From contig NC_134036.1 in assembly GCF_964204645.1 (NCBI RefSeq), positions 9,651,859-9,715,858 on the forward strand: 64,000 nt of DNA, written 5' to 3'. The translations under genes and the position numbers were made by a program. The notes beneath the pieces were generated by a model that saw nothing but the letters and a program-made list of their open reading frames with translations, was not told where the DNA came from and made no database searches. Of this stretch, positions 1 through 13,584 are shown piece after piece (positions within the stretch are counted from its first letter, which is position 1; each line of letters begins with the position of its first letter). Origin of the DNA: Tubulanus polymorphus (lineage: Eukaryota; Animalia; Nemertea).

Positions 1-365
1 TTTAAAGTCCATGTTATGGATAAACGTGTCCTGGTATGTGGGGTATACAGATCGTCAAATGCACTAAATGCCCACATGTCTGGCCTTGCCCAAGAAATAA
101 ACAAAATCATAAATTCAGTAGACTATCCGATTGTCATAGGTGATTTGAACATTAATTGGCAAAATTCTGTTAATCATAAGAGAGTATACTCCTGGTTCTC
201 TACATTAGATTTAAAACAGATTCAACATGAAGTAACCACAGACTATTGAACAAATATTGACTTAGTTCTAACGACGTCACCAGAAAACATCAAATGTCTG
301 TCAAATGAGTACTTGAATGTTACTTTTCTGACCATAAACCAGTTGTATTAGATGTTAGATAAATG
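1..365 (+). pseudogene. C-terminal part of an apurinic-type (EEP) endonuclease domain, probably the Helentron/Helitron2 Rep-helicase-endonuclease tail; disrupted
   Basis: ORF 16-249 has VYRS...IVIGDLNINW...Q..EVTTD. Past the stop the sequence continues as T-N-I-D-L and F-S-D-H-K-P-V. GDxN, IDL and SDH are EEP motifs. An OB-fold gene follows, as in Helentrons. Confidence 0.6.
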
Positions 366-1098
366 ATAGTCTAATGGTCATAGAACAGTATTTCAAATTT
401 ATAAGGAATTTTTCAGTTGTAAATGTCATAATATGAATTATTTACCACTTCTCTGGTAAACTGATACATTCCATGTTTCTTCTATTGTAGGTGCCTACCA
501 TTAGTAAACTTTTGGAGGACAAGTCCAACACCAGTGCACCTTACTCGAAATGTATAAGAGTCAAGATCATAAAACTACTGCAAGACAAAATGGCTGTTGC
601 AGATTCAACAGGATGTATGAAATTTATGCTACATTGTCAAGAAGAATGTGCACGCCTTAAAGAAAATCAAGGACTTCTCAAAAATTACAAATTCCGTTAT
701 GGAGTGGGTTCTATTGTGGAAGACACGGTGATTGGACAAACATCTGTACCTGAAGAACCAGCAGATATCGAAAAAAGAGCCTCTTTGTTAATAGATCCAC
801 CTTCATCACCGACAGTGCAAATTTCAGTAGCAAAAGGAAGTCCAGTGAAGTCTAAGGTGACAGTCCATGGAACTGTTGTTCAGGTATGTTAGGCATAATA
901 CTCAATACCCGTATTCAATTATTGAAATCTAGATCTCCATGTCCTCTCGGCTGTAACCGAAAACCCGATCTCAGTACGGAAATGAACTGGCCGCGTATTT
1001 TCTGTAGTGTGAATGCAGATTCGGCACTAAGCTAGCCGCGTATTTGCATCCTTGTAGTACAAAACACTCTTCGGCACCAGCGAAGTACGGTACTATGA

Positions 1099-3477
1099 CG
1101 GTTCCTGAACTTCGCTGAAAAAGCTGAAACACTGAAAAGCTGAAACGCTGAAATAAAAACGCTGAAATTTCAGGGAATTTCCGAAAAACGCCGAAATTTC
1201 AGGGAATTCCCGAAAAACGCTGAAATCGTGCTAGGTACCGACAATACACGTTTTGAAATTTTTTCCGGGCCGGTGTCCGCTGACGAGTCCTGAACCGTGT
1301 TTTATGCTCTACCTTCGGTTACAGAGACATGCCTTAAGGTCGTCGTCATGATCGACTTGATCGATTGCGGATTGCGTGGATTGTTAGATGTGTTTTTTGC
1401 CATAGTTTTATGTGCATATACCGGTACGATCTAACAATGAAGTTATCACTTCATTTGAATAAATTCTTAATCACAGTAATATTAATTCACAATATTTTTT
1501 CTTATGTTTGGTGATTTCTTGCAACTTATCATTGCCAAGTCTCATACAAGTAGTAGCTGAATGAAAGTACAGTTAGGCTGAACCTGATAACCCAAATTAA
1601 GTGCTAGCATGGAACTAATGATTATTTTGATTCTATTTTCGGTGTCATTGAAATTCGTTAAGAAAGGTTCAACCGTCATAGTATACTGTACTTAGCATTG
1701 CTACAATTGGGTGCCATATTTCTACAATTTCTACAAGGAGGAAGGAATCTTTAAGTGTCTTTGTTCCCGGGTAGGGTACGGGGTAAAACCTGGTTCACTT
1801 TCTCTTTCGACTTGCCGGAGACTACTATCTGCAATGTATTGCATGCTTTGATGTGTCTGGCCTATAGGAGTCGAACGATATTTCTTCCCCATACACAGAC
1901 TTGGCTTTAGTGTAGATGAAGGCTAGGCACTGCACATTGTGGATTGACTGGAACTCTTAACTCACAAAATTAAACGAGTCAACAAGAAAGATCCAATAAT
2001 TGGACATTTGTCTAACTATATTATTTAACAGCTTGAAATAAAACATAACACATTCTGCAAGAGTATACGAAGGAAATCAGTTCTTACATTATATCAGAAT
2101 CAATAGTTCGCTTAACTCTGGCTAGAATTCTGGTTCCATTGCTTCATATTCTAATGAAATCCACTAGTATACCTTAGAATATCGCTTAGCTTAAGACTAA
2201 AAATTTGGTACCAGGAAACAGGGAAGAAAAGTGGGTGTACTGTACATCCGCAATTGACTTATTTCTCTCAGGTTGAATCAAGTTATTATTGAAATAGCAT
2301 TCGAATAGCCATTTTATTTTTTTAAAAATTGTGTCGTTCAGCTATCCTGCTGCAAATTTCGCAGTTGAAGTTTACTGGTGCCATCTGATTTCTCAGTATC
2401 TCAAAAAATTTGCACATTCTAAGCCTGAATCTAAAAATAGAAAAAGGTGCATTTTAGTCGGATATAAAAGAATAGTGGCTAATGCACCCTGGACTATATA
2501 GCCCATGGGGTGGGCCTAGTTTGAAAGCACTGAGGTCCGAGAGAACAGCACTTAGTAAATAAATACTGAAATTAAACTTACAAAACACCCAGTACTTGAG
2601 ATGATGTACTTGACAAGAAATGTCACCAGCTAAGCAAATCAACTTTGTCTATGACTCCTCCTTTAATAGATTCAGTAGTAGTCTAAAAATAAGAATCGGT
2701 ACATTTTTCTAACAGTTGGTATGTCATTTCTTCAAAAAAACTAATTATTATCACGCCACAGCAAATAAATTATTCACAGTTGTTGAATGGTTAGCCCGAT
2801 TTAGATTAATTGGTTGACGCTAATCAGTATGACCCATACGTAGGGGCCTACTGCATGCCATTGGCGTCAATCCATTCCATTCCATTCCACAGTGAATTAA
2901 AAAGAAATTTAGTTAGATCCCTTTTGTACAAAAGCTGCATCATTTATATAACTAGCTGTCAAATTTAATTTACCTCCTTCAGAGAATACCATAGTGACAT
3001 AGTCCGTCGCCCATCAACGTGTTGACAAAAGAAAAGTTGCTGCATGTTTTATACATGAACGTTCAAATAAGATATTTTGCGTCTTGCAGGGAATATTGAG
3101 CATAGTGTTAAAGTTGGCTTGCACGGTTTGTGAATGGGTTTTCCTCATTATGCTGCCTGTATGCATTAAAAATCCGGATTTCAAGCGAATTAATTTGTCC
3201 AACAAGTGGCCCTCTAGAAGTATACTCCACACATACTGTCCATGCATGTCTCTGTAACCGAAGGTAGAGACTAAAACACGGTTCAGGACTCGGCAGTGGA
3301 CACCGGCCCGGAAAATATTTCAAAACGTGTATTGTTGGTACCTAGCACGATTTCAGCGTTTTTTGGGAATTCCCTGAAATTTCGGCGTTTTTCGGAAATT
3401 CCCTGAAATTTCAGCGTTTTTATTTCAGCGTTTCAGCGTTTCAGTGATTCAGCTTTTTCAGCGAAGTTCAGGAACCG
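1099..3477. mobile_element. Non-autonomous MULE (Mutator-like) DNA transposon
   Basis: ~235-bp TIRs (1099-1332 and 3244-3477, CGGTTCCTGAAC.../...GTTCAGGAACCG) with internal GCTGAAA subrepeats. Perfect 9-bp TSD GTACTATGA at 1090-1098 and 3478-3486. No transposase inside. Confidence 0.9.
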
Positions 3478-4347
3478 GTACTATGAGCACCAAATCTCAT
3501 GTGAACTCGGCTATAAAGCTAGGGGCACATCAGTGTATCTTAGCGCCCAATCGCAACAATTTAATTTTCCAGCGACTTTATACACCCAATTGTGAACAGT
3601 CACACATAGCAAATGAAGCATTTTTAAAATTCAATCGCTCAACAAAATACATTTATTACACGCAGACAAAATGATCACCGGGATAAATAATCTGCCAAAA
3701 ATATCAAATATGTTTGATACAGGCAATTCGTCGTGTGGTTGAGTCCGCCAATGAAATCGCCGTCACTGAACAGACATACAGCTGATTTTGTTGGGCGTTT
3801 TATAAATTTGCCACTATCACGCAAAGTAATATGCTCGTGTCCCCCTACCTTAATAGAGTGGCTTACCGTAACAACAATAACCACAGATAGCGCCTACACA
3901 AACATTTTACAGTGTTTGCATGTTACCTAATGTGTCTTCATTTGTTACATACATATTCAAACCATGCTTATTTTTTTAAATGTTTTATAGGATGAGTTGC
4001 CACGTACAGTTTTGTGTGGCCCCTCTGAAATACCAATTCGTACCATAACTATACAAGATGAATCCAAGCTGGAGACAAGATGGAGACGTTGATGTAACAT
4101 TATGGAGACAATTTTCCTAGACTGATATCGCGACAGGAAATCATGTTCTGTTTAAAAACCTTACTGTATCTTCTTTTAACCAAAAACCTGTTCTAGCTAC
4201 TACCGGAGCTTCATCATTTGAGGTAAGTATTTTTCTACTCTTGTGACTAATGGTCACTAACTAAAGGGAGTGGACATTAGCGAATACCCGTTTATATACG
4301 TATGTATATAAACGCGTATTCGGGTGAAGGTCAGATTGATTTGAGCT

Positions 4348-4745
4348 CAGGGATGAGATGCAGTGAAAAAGGTGAACATTTCTCAAAAGTACATTTTCCT
4401 ATTAAAATTTGAAAACTACGGAAATTTTTTTGAAATTTCTTGTCATCAGAAATAGTATTTTATATGTCCTTTGTAAAAAATTTTGTTTTTAATATGAAAA
4501 ATGCATCCTCCTGGCAGGAATTCGGACTTGAAGGCATCATGACTCACCATCGTATGAAACCCTGCCACACTAGCCCGTAGTTACATGTACCTACTTGCAC
4601 ATTTAGGCTAGTGTGACAAGGTTTTGTGTCATGGCTGAGAGTAGCAATACCATCAGGTGCCAAGGGAGGATGAAAAAAAATTGAAAAATCCTGGTTTTTA
4701 GAAATAGGCAATGTGATGATTTCAGAATCTTGCATCTCATCCCTA
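4348..4745. mobile_element. Possible hAT-like MITE
   Basis: 14-bp inverted ends AGGGATGAGATGCA / TGCATCTCATCCCT. No 8-bp TSD visible. Confidence 0.3.
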
Positions 4746-5745
4746 ACAGCATACATTTCTCTTACAGGGTAAAATACATATTGAACACTAAACCTCGCCA
4801 CATACATAGCCAAGTTTAGTCTATTCGGTGCAAACTTTTATCAATCTGCATAATGATTACCAGCTCCGATAATGCCATTATGAAATTACCCTGTTCCCTA
4901 GATAGCACTTATGCATCGCAAATTGAAAGATGGTTGTTACTAAAATTGTTGAATATTGCTATAACTTAACTCCTTGGATTTAAATGCTTTTTGATTATCT
5001 TTGTAGAAGACTGAACCTCCTACTATTCGTAAGAAAGATTGTTCTCCATGCCGTAGAAGTTGAGGTAGACGGCTATATTGCATTCCTCACCAGTGCTTCA
5101 GATAATCAAGATTGCGACGATTTCACGTCAGTCAAAATGTATAAAAAGGACCTTGCCAAGTACCTACAACAACCAACAATTCAGTCATCTGATATCGTGC
5201 CAATTCTACTACTTACCTTAAGAGTGGCAATAAAAGGTTGTACTGCAGAGCCAATTGCTGCCTCATGCAAGCAGGATACCGCCAAATCTTGTACCTCTAA
5301 TGATGCCAAGTCAGCATCAGATATAAAAAAAACAACTAAATCTTCAACTCGATCTGAATCTCTTGCTTCAACTGCATTTCCAGATGACCCACCAAGGAAA
5401 AACTTATTCCAAAAAACTGTCAAAAAAGCTCTTGATTGGGTTGAATAGTAAGAGAAGTCATAATTTCATAGCATGAGGCAGCATTGGATGAAGCTCTTAG
5501 TTCACATCATTAAAACATTCAACACCCCAATCGTAGGTAAAATTGTTATGTTTGACATATGCTTGTGTCATTAATTGCATTTTTTTAAACATTTTGTTGT
5601 CTTAAAGCAAATCGGGTCATATAAGCGACCAATTTTAAACTACGCCAATGTGATTAAAAGTTTTCTGTGAATCTACTAAAATCAGTATTTTTCACTCGAC
5701 CTACAGTAATTTTTGCCATGCTTATTATTATGTTATAATTCTAAA

Positions 5746-5890
5746 TTTTGTGGTTACAAAATGTGTCCTAGCAGACACAAATATTTCAGTTATGTGTATA
5801 AGTGGCACTGATGTATCTTATTTTATGGTTACAAAATGTGTCCTAGCAGACACAAATATTTCGGGTATGTGTATGAGTGGCACTGATCTC
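5746..5890. repeat. Tandem duplication, ~75-bp unit x2
   Basis: tggttacaaaatgtgtcctagcagacacaaatatttc...gtggcactgat occurs twice. Confidence 0.85.
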
Positions 5891-6929
5891 TTATTTTGTA
5901 TTATATTTCCTAATCATTTTTTCGAATATTTTCATCTTGACAAATTCTGAACCTTTTCGAACTTCATCCAGTTTTCATATGCTGCTTTCATTCTTCAGTC
6001 TGCTGTGTCATCTCTATATTATTCAAATGGACTAAAACGCCATTTATTCCTTTTCTACATGTACTCAACTAAATAACTCCAATAGTTGTCATGTAGTTCA
6101 TGGTACTATGATTTTTAGGGAAAGAAAACATTTACTATTATTGCATTTACCTTGACGCATGATTTATACATCATAAGTTAGATACTTGTAATTTGCTGCA
6201 CTTTAAGGCCCAGACACGCTGGGCGATTTCGCCGGTAAAATTGCCCACTATGTCCAGGCCTTTACTCGATTGTTAAGTTTTATGCAGTTTCATTTTTATA
6301 TAGAGATGTTTGTAAGATAACAAACTAATAAATCTAAAATATCTACAAAAGATCACCTTTCTTTTCTTAAGTTCCTTCTAGTCAAACATTCTAAGAAGTA
6401 CCACTTCTTATCCTGTCATTCTGTTTTTAAGAGGACTTTGTTCCCTATCAGGGGCCATTCATTAAATATGTCTGCATCTAGCAGCTGAAGGAGAGAAATT
6501 TGTTAATTGGAGGTTTCATAAAATAACCCAAATCTTCCTATGCACATGTACTAACCTAACCTAAAACATGTACTAACCTAAAAACTTCATAGATGGCGCT
6601 CAATGTTGCACTTCTTTTATAATTTGAGAAACAAAATGAATTTGAATTTCGTAAATGTGGTAACAGTCTGCTAGCAATAACTTGCCTCCATTTGTGTAAT
6701 TTTCGAAGTCTAGCCAGTTGTGTCAAATCTATTACATAAGCTAAATACAAACGAACGTCCTGTTTTAAAGTTTCTTTCTAGTTTACTCATTTGAACGAGA
6801 CCTTCATTCATTTTGCAGGATGCAGGAGAGGCTAGTCCTATGTCATCCAACCTGTCTGAGTCAAATTAAATGCGATATATCATGGCCTGATTATTTTACT
6901 AATATGTTTTAATTCATTCCACTTTATCA

Positions 6930-8090
6930 CAGACCAACATGTTGCGCCTTCCAAATTTAAACGCCACAAGCTTTTACATGAACAGCATTTTACAATGCTT
7001 TCACAACTTGTTCAGATAATGAAGAGTGTTTGAATTCTTGTCCTCAATTAGTCGATCTTTTAACTTTTGAAACAGATAGGGAGGAGGGGCTTTTTAAGGC
7101 AGCTTCCAGTTACTTTTCAAGTGCTCTTCACTAAAGATGTATTAGACATTTTATTTCCAACATGAAAGAGGTTGTAAAAAAATTAAATATTGATAATTCT
7201 TCAAAAAATTACCTGATCAACCAGGTCATTGGTGACAAAGATACCCTTGGTTTGATTGACTGTACAATTAACGAATTTGATTTAAAACTTCAGGAATTGA
7301 TTGATACTTGGTCAGATAGTAATGTTAAACCATTTATTCAATATTTAAGAAAGCAAGCCCCTATTGTGAAATCCTGCATGATATCTGATGTGAGAGTGAA
7401 CGGTGGAATGGGCTATCCTCCATCAAAATTTTATACTAATATATCAGAGAGCACTGATGCAAAGCTCAGAAGGTGGTTCCAGGGAAGAGAAATGGGTGTG
7501 GCTGCATTTGTAAAATCAATGTTTAAAATGATCGGAGCTGAAAGGGACGAAATTTTAAAAGCTTATGCCGGTGTTTCAGAGTTGTATTCAGTACGAGAAG
7601 AATTTGAAAATGTCTTAAATTGTTCCAATATCTTTAAAATGAATCCGAATGAAAGACTTAGATTTTTAAACGATGTGAATTCAAAGTCAATGCACGAGTT
7701 ATATGCTTTAAGCCAAAATAACCAAACATTGACTTTCAGTCACGGCCTGTCAGTGGATTCTCTTGCAGCTAGGGATTTGTATTGTATAAAAATCCACTAG
7801 GCAACCCTTAGGGGTATTTGGAACAAAGCATCGAAACTTTTATATTCTAGTCAAACATATATAGCCAATTCTCCTTCTCTGGATTCAAGTATACTTAGAT
7901 TTAGCGTAATTAGTGAAAGTTCACACGTAAATCACCAGGTGTCGTATAACTTGAAAATAACCAATGTTCATGTACTTGCAAACAATATAAATTTCATTGT
8001 TTGTGCTCGCACAACATTGCGGTGTCAGAAAAAAATGGCTTTCTTTCACAAATCCTTTCTTGGCACAAAAAAATCAGGGAAAAAATATGA
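6930..8090 (+). pseudogene. MULE (MuDR-like) transposase pseudogene with SWIM zinc-finger remnant
   Basis: TDREEGLFKA..YF..ALH*RCIRHF (second Asp plus CxxH), then ORF 7162-7800 with GMGYPPSKFYTNISES (catalytic Glu motif TNxxES), then a frameshifted CxC...CxH SWIM motif at ~7965-8020. Confidence 0.75.
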
Positions 8091-10804
8091 CATTATTATA
8101 GTGTGTAATGGGTAGTGTAGTGTGATCTGCGTGCATTTGTGGCCAGCTTACACATCACATTGTTCATTGGGGTTTGGTCCAACTAAACGTTCCGCACTGA
8201 CTAAAAATTAGTAATAACTTTTTAGAAATGGCCAGAATTTTAACTTTAATTTTTTTTTAAACGGCTGTTAAGGCTTCATGTTTCGTCTGCAATTCACTGC
8301 AAATAGTTACGCAACTACGCACATTTCAGTGTTTTTGGCAGCTGTACACTCAATCGGCACCGTTCGTGACTAGCTTCACTGCGGAATTATCATTATTTAA
8401 CATCGCCATATCACATCATCAACTTATATTGTGCTTTAAAACCCTAACAGCCGAAATAATTGAAATGCACACACGATTTCTATCATTGAAAATTGAGAGA
8501 GTGGCCATGTTTGTGTTCTGCTGCTTCGCGTAAATACCGCGCGGTGGCGCAACCGCGCGGAGTGGGGCCGTTACGTCTAGTTTGCTGCTTGTATTTCCAG
8601 GTCATAAGAAATTACAATTTATTACAAATTCTATCGAACAGAAAACACAGCGTTCATCTTCTGCTACGATTATTCAGCCTATTTTCATGTCAAACGTGCA
8701 CGCGTTACAGCCTCACCCTTAGTAGTGTACTGTACGAGCTTACGTGTGTGTGTGTGGTGTAGCACTCCGCGCGCAGGTGGAGGCCTCGTGTAAGTGAATA
8801 TTCTCTTACAACACCTCAATTTCAATCAAAACAATCACCGGTTATTAAAATGAGACAATACCTATGGCGGTTGTGTGAAATAATTACATCCTTACCAGCA
8901 ATGAGCATTTGAAATTCGCACGTATACGGCACTAGTCCAATGAAACTTACGCCAGTCTATGGCTTTCCCATAATTATTTTAGTAGCGCCGGAATTCCCCG
9001 TATAACTTAAAAACAGCCAATCCCATTCGCTCGTAGAGACGACGCCCCCCAATCGAGGTCATTGCAATTTTATACGCGAGAGCTAAGAATTTCCCCGCCA
9101 AAAACGCGTTTTTCGTAGAAGTTTTACTCAGTTGACCATGTCATCGATGGAGGTTCGCCATGTTTTCAATCGCATCGATTATACGTCGTTTAAGCCGAGA
9201 ACCAATGAAACAAATGCTCACATAAAAAAACGTACCGCGATTTTACATGAATTGGCTCAATTCCAACATCTATTCATTTTGTTAAGGTAATGATGGACAA
9301 TTTATGGATCGATTTTCAGTTCCGTCAACTCATGCAGTGAATCAAACGCTGAATCTAAACTTAAGATATTGGAAAACTGTTATGCAATTTGACTTATAAA
9401 AAGTTTTATTTTTGATGCAGTAATCGTTTATTTCTTTAGGTGTGGTGATTGTTTTTTTTCAAAAGTAGAGGTTCTCTTCATTTCATGCTAGACAACGTGG
9501 CTTTTATTACTGTTATTGTTTACGTCTAGCGGGAGACATTGTCTGCGCATGAGCAGTTCTCGTGTGAACAATAAATTGGGCTTGCTGTCATCGATTCAAC
9601 TGTCAATGTCAGTTATAGTTAGTAATAGCTCTACGGTCGTGGTTGATCAATTTGAACATATTTGAACATCCAAGAATCTCCATGAACAGTTTACAAGCCG
9701 ATCGTTGATTTATTACTCTCAATTTTATTGAATATAATTGTTACACGGGATTTGACGACTTTGGTTTAGTTTTTTTCCCTATAAATGCCCAACCAGTACA
9801 TTTAAATCCCATCATAGACCCTTATCACCAACGATTAGGAACAGACTCCGCCTTTACATTTGTTGCCGCAACAGTCACTGTTAATGCCACAAGTGGTCAT
9901 CTTTCCAACGCACTCGTTAACTCCTGCAAGAATTTGAAGATATTTCCTTATAGTGAAACTCTTTCTAATTTAGATTTTGTCAATCATTTAACCCCTAGCC
10001 CGGATGTACGTAGTATCGGCAATTATCCCGACGACGAGGATGATGGGTACACCTCTCGTTTTCGTCGAATATTTAAACAATGAAATATATACATGAGTTT
10101 TGGAATACATATATAAGAACAACATTAAAATAATGTTGCGTGCCAATTAAATCGATTTTTATCAGAATATGATATTATCTTTGAAAAAAAGTTCTTCAAA
10201 TGAATTCGATTTATCGATTAAACAACTAAATGTTTACCACTATTGTAACTTTAATTAAAATTATTCATAACATCATCTTAATTGTGTATCGTTTCCCCAC
10301 TCGTCACTCACCAAATGACCCGAGACCGTAACCAAACGCAAGGATAGCACAAATACGATATGTCAAACCAGCAAGCATTTTCGTCACCTGGAATAATAAT
10401 GAAACGAAGTAAAGGTGACGTACTTAGTTGGAGGAACTGATCATAAAGGTAGCTCAAGGAACAGATAACGTGTTTACTTTTATCGTTGGAAACACACTAT
10501 GAATCGATCATGAATCGATGTTAAAATGTCTCCTCAGTTCTTTACAGTGAGGAAGGATAAAGCAATGATTAATTTAATCGATACATGTTTGTTATATTTG
10601 ACAAATTTGATGCTAATTTGAATGGGTCAATTCATTTTCTAGTAATGTGACTTCCCGTGGTGGAATGTTTTCTGTCTCCCGTAGTGGAATGGCCGCATCA
10701 CTTGTTTTTGGCACCATAAAAACACAACAAAAAGTTTTCGCCCCTTGCTTACGTGTGCGCCGGGTGTCAATCTGAGCATTAAAACAATTGCAATCCTTAT
10801 TCAT

Positions 10805-11325
10805 CGTTTGCAGTTAGTCCAAAATAATGCAGCTCGTCTCATTACAAAAACTAAAAAGTTTGACCATATTACTCAAACTTTGGTTAAGCTTCATTTGCTT
10901 CAAATTTTCTGCCCGTGTTGATTTTGAAATTCTTCTTCTTGTCTATAAGCGTTTGCCTTTCTTGCTCCTGCTTATCTTGAATCACTAGTCACTGTTTATA
11001 AGCCTGTACGGGCACTTCGTTCTGGTCAAAACAAAACCCGTCTTATTGTTCGTCTTATTGTTCTCAAATCGTTCTTTCGGTGACCGTGCCTCACCAACTG
11101 TGCTCCTCAACCAACATCCGTGAAAGTCCCTCGGTTGACTCTTTTAAAGCTAATCTTAAAACAAACCTTTTTAAAAAATCGTATTGTTCCTATCTAAAAT
11201 TGTACAATTGTTTTTAAATACGCTGCATATGTTTTATAATGTAAAGTGCTTAGATTATGATTTTTAGTTTAAGCACTATATAAGAAAATAAATTATTTTT
11301 ATTATTATAATTATTATTATTATTA
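10805..11325 (+). mobile_element. 3' end of an L2/CR1-clade LINE
   Basis: Translates as LQLVQNNAARLITKTKKFDHITQTLVKLH...ILLLVYK...PAYL...YKPVRALRS...SFKANLKTNLF, followed by AATAAA and an (ATT)n tail. Confidence 0.8.
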
Positions 11326-12401
11326 CAACTTCTGGCTGGTGCTAAAACTCTATCTGGCTGGTGCCCTAGCTACTGTCGTAGCTATCTTGTGTAAATAGTA
11401 TTGTTTGCTTCTCGTGGATGACAATCTAGATGACAACTTCTCTTATAACTACTGTTGAGGAACCGATTATAATCAAATGCTTCTTGATGATGGGCGCCGA
11501 TGAGCGAATTTGAATGAAACAACTCCCCTTTTCTAAAGAAGAAAAATAAGTTACTATTGTGACTTTTGTATGGGCAACTTAGCACGACAGCGATTAACAC
11601 ACGGACCACCGAAGGAGAATATTTGATATAACGGCGTTATGTTTTCTATCCAAAGTCAGGCATTCATTTCGTTCAATAATCACACAATTTCTCCCGTTCA
11701 AAGCGTTACAAATTAGTCCAATCTATTCTTCATAGCATTAGATTAAAATGTCCGTCGTTTAAATTGTAGAAGTACTTAGATTGTATTTCGTTACTAGACA
11801 GTATGATATTTAACACATTATCAATCATAAATCACTCGCTATCAACAACGTATGTTATGTACATGTAATGTACGTACAGTCCACCTTCGTTTATGTTCCG
11901 AATGCCGTGTTATATATAGGAACCGAAACCGAACACTATGTATAAATGAATCGCTCATTAATTTTGCATGAATTACCCCCTTCTCTCTCCCCATTTATCA
12001 CCCTCCACCCCCTCTCTCTCCCTTCTCATGTCTGGGCAAGCAAATTCAGCGTCACTGAGAGTAATAGGAAAAGTAGGCTTTCATACCAGAGGTCGTGAGG
12101 TCGAGACACCCCTCATCACCACAAGTAATTTTTTCCCCTAATAAATGGCAGATAGAAAAGCATTCTTAGCAACAATTAATAACAGAATTAAAACAGCAAA
12201 AAACAATTTGAAATAAAAAAGTTAGTTGACGTTACAAAAGAAATTGAACACAAAATATTGAAATTAGAAAAGATGAAAACTAAATATGGAGAGAAAGTAT
12301 CAGCAAATTAAGAAATAAAAATAAGTTTAGAAAAATTAATTTTTTTTTGCTTTTTCCAAAAATAAACAAACTTTTAAGCGCTAATAAAATGATAAAATTG
12401 T

Positions 12402-12800
12402 TCAATATTAAAAGTGTGAGCAAAGTGTGAGTAAAAAAAGTTCGATTTTCAATATTAAAAGTGTGAGTAAAATAAGTTAGATTTTCAATATTAAAAGTGT
12501 GAGTAAAGTGTGAGTAAAATAAGTTAGATTTTCAATGTTAAAAGTGTGTGTAAAGAGTGAGTAAAATAAGCTAGATTTTCAATATTAAAAGTGTGAGTAA
12601 AGTGTGAGTAAAATAAGTTAGATTTTCAATATTAAAAGTGTGAGTAAAGTGTGAGTAAAATAAGTTAGATTTTCAATGTTAAAAGTGTGTGTAAAGTGTG
12701 AGTAAAATAAGCTAGATTTTCAATATTAAAAGTGTGAGTAAAGTGTGAGTAAAATAAGTAAGATTTTCAATATTAAAAGTGTGAGTAAAGTGTGAGTAAA
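12402..12800. repeat. Minisatellite, ~47-bp unit (gattttcaatattaaaagtgtgagtaaagtgtgagtaaaataagtta), about 8 copies
   Basis: Directly visible tandem array. Confidence 0.9.
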
Positions 12801-12815
12801 AATTTTGCTATATAA

Positions 12816-13513
12816 ATGAAAGAAATGGAATTTAAAATTGAAATAAAAGAATTTAATGAATTATTTTCACTATTTAAAATTAAAAATTGTATCTCAGCAA
12901 AAAATCTAGTGTATGGAAGACGATATAAAATTGATAATATTACTGTAATTAATCAAATATTATTAAATGAAACATATTTAATTACCGATCTAATAGATAC
13001 TTTAGATAATGGTGCCAAAAATCCTAAAATATTTAATACAGTTTTCAATTATAAAGGTTATTTAGATGAAAACATAATAAATATTCTTAAATTTCCTTTT
13101 AATGAAAGAGAAAGTGATATAATACTTTCAAAAGGTAATGATAGGATAGACTTAAGAATTGAAAAACGACAATTATATTATTGTAATTTTGATAATAAAC
13201 AAATTATTTATAATGAAAATACATCAAATATTGAAATTCAATGTGATTTAGAAAAAACTATAATTCTTTTAAAGATATTGCAATTCAATGTGATTTAGAA
13301 AACAATAATTCTTTTAAAGATATTGCAATTCAGTGTGATTTAGAAAATAGTAAATCTTTTAAAGATATTGCAATTCAATGTGATTTAGAAAATGAATTCA
13401 AAAGATTTAATCCTAATGAAAAAATTCATTGTTATTGCGGAGGTAAATATTCAAAATCACAAAAATCAAAGCATTATCAAACAAGTAAACATAAAAACTG
13501 GTGTAAAGAGTAA
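12816..13513 (+). pseudogene. Polinton-like hypothetical protein whose C-terminal zinc finger is detached by a ~44-bp tandem triplication
   Basis: ORF 12816-13298. The unit attcaatgtgatttagaaaa...aaagatattgca repeats at ~13237-13392. Downstream reads NEFKRFNPNEKIHCYCGGKYSKSQKSKHYQTSKHKNWCKE* (CxC...H...H finger). Confidence 0.55.
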
Positions 13514-13584
13514 CAATTCTACATTAAAAATGAATTAAATATTCAAATAATTATTGAATTAAGTTAAATGATTTAAATATCTAA

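Larger units (their letters stand above)
491..5448 (+). pseudogene. Spliced OB-fold (RPA/SSB-like) gene of the Helentron; exons about 491-883, 3991-4222 and 5007-5448; degraded
   Basis: Canonical splice sites: tgtag|491, 883|gtatgt, ttatag|3991, 4222|gtaagt, ttgtag|5007. Peptides KMAVADSTGCMK, KVTVHGTVVQ, IRTITIQDES and LFKNLTVSSFNQKPVLATT resemble OB-fold strands. Exons 2 and 3 contain stops or frameshifts. Confidence 0.5.
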
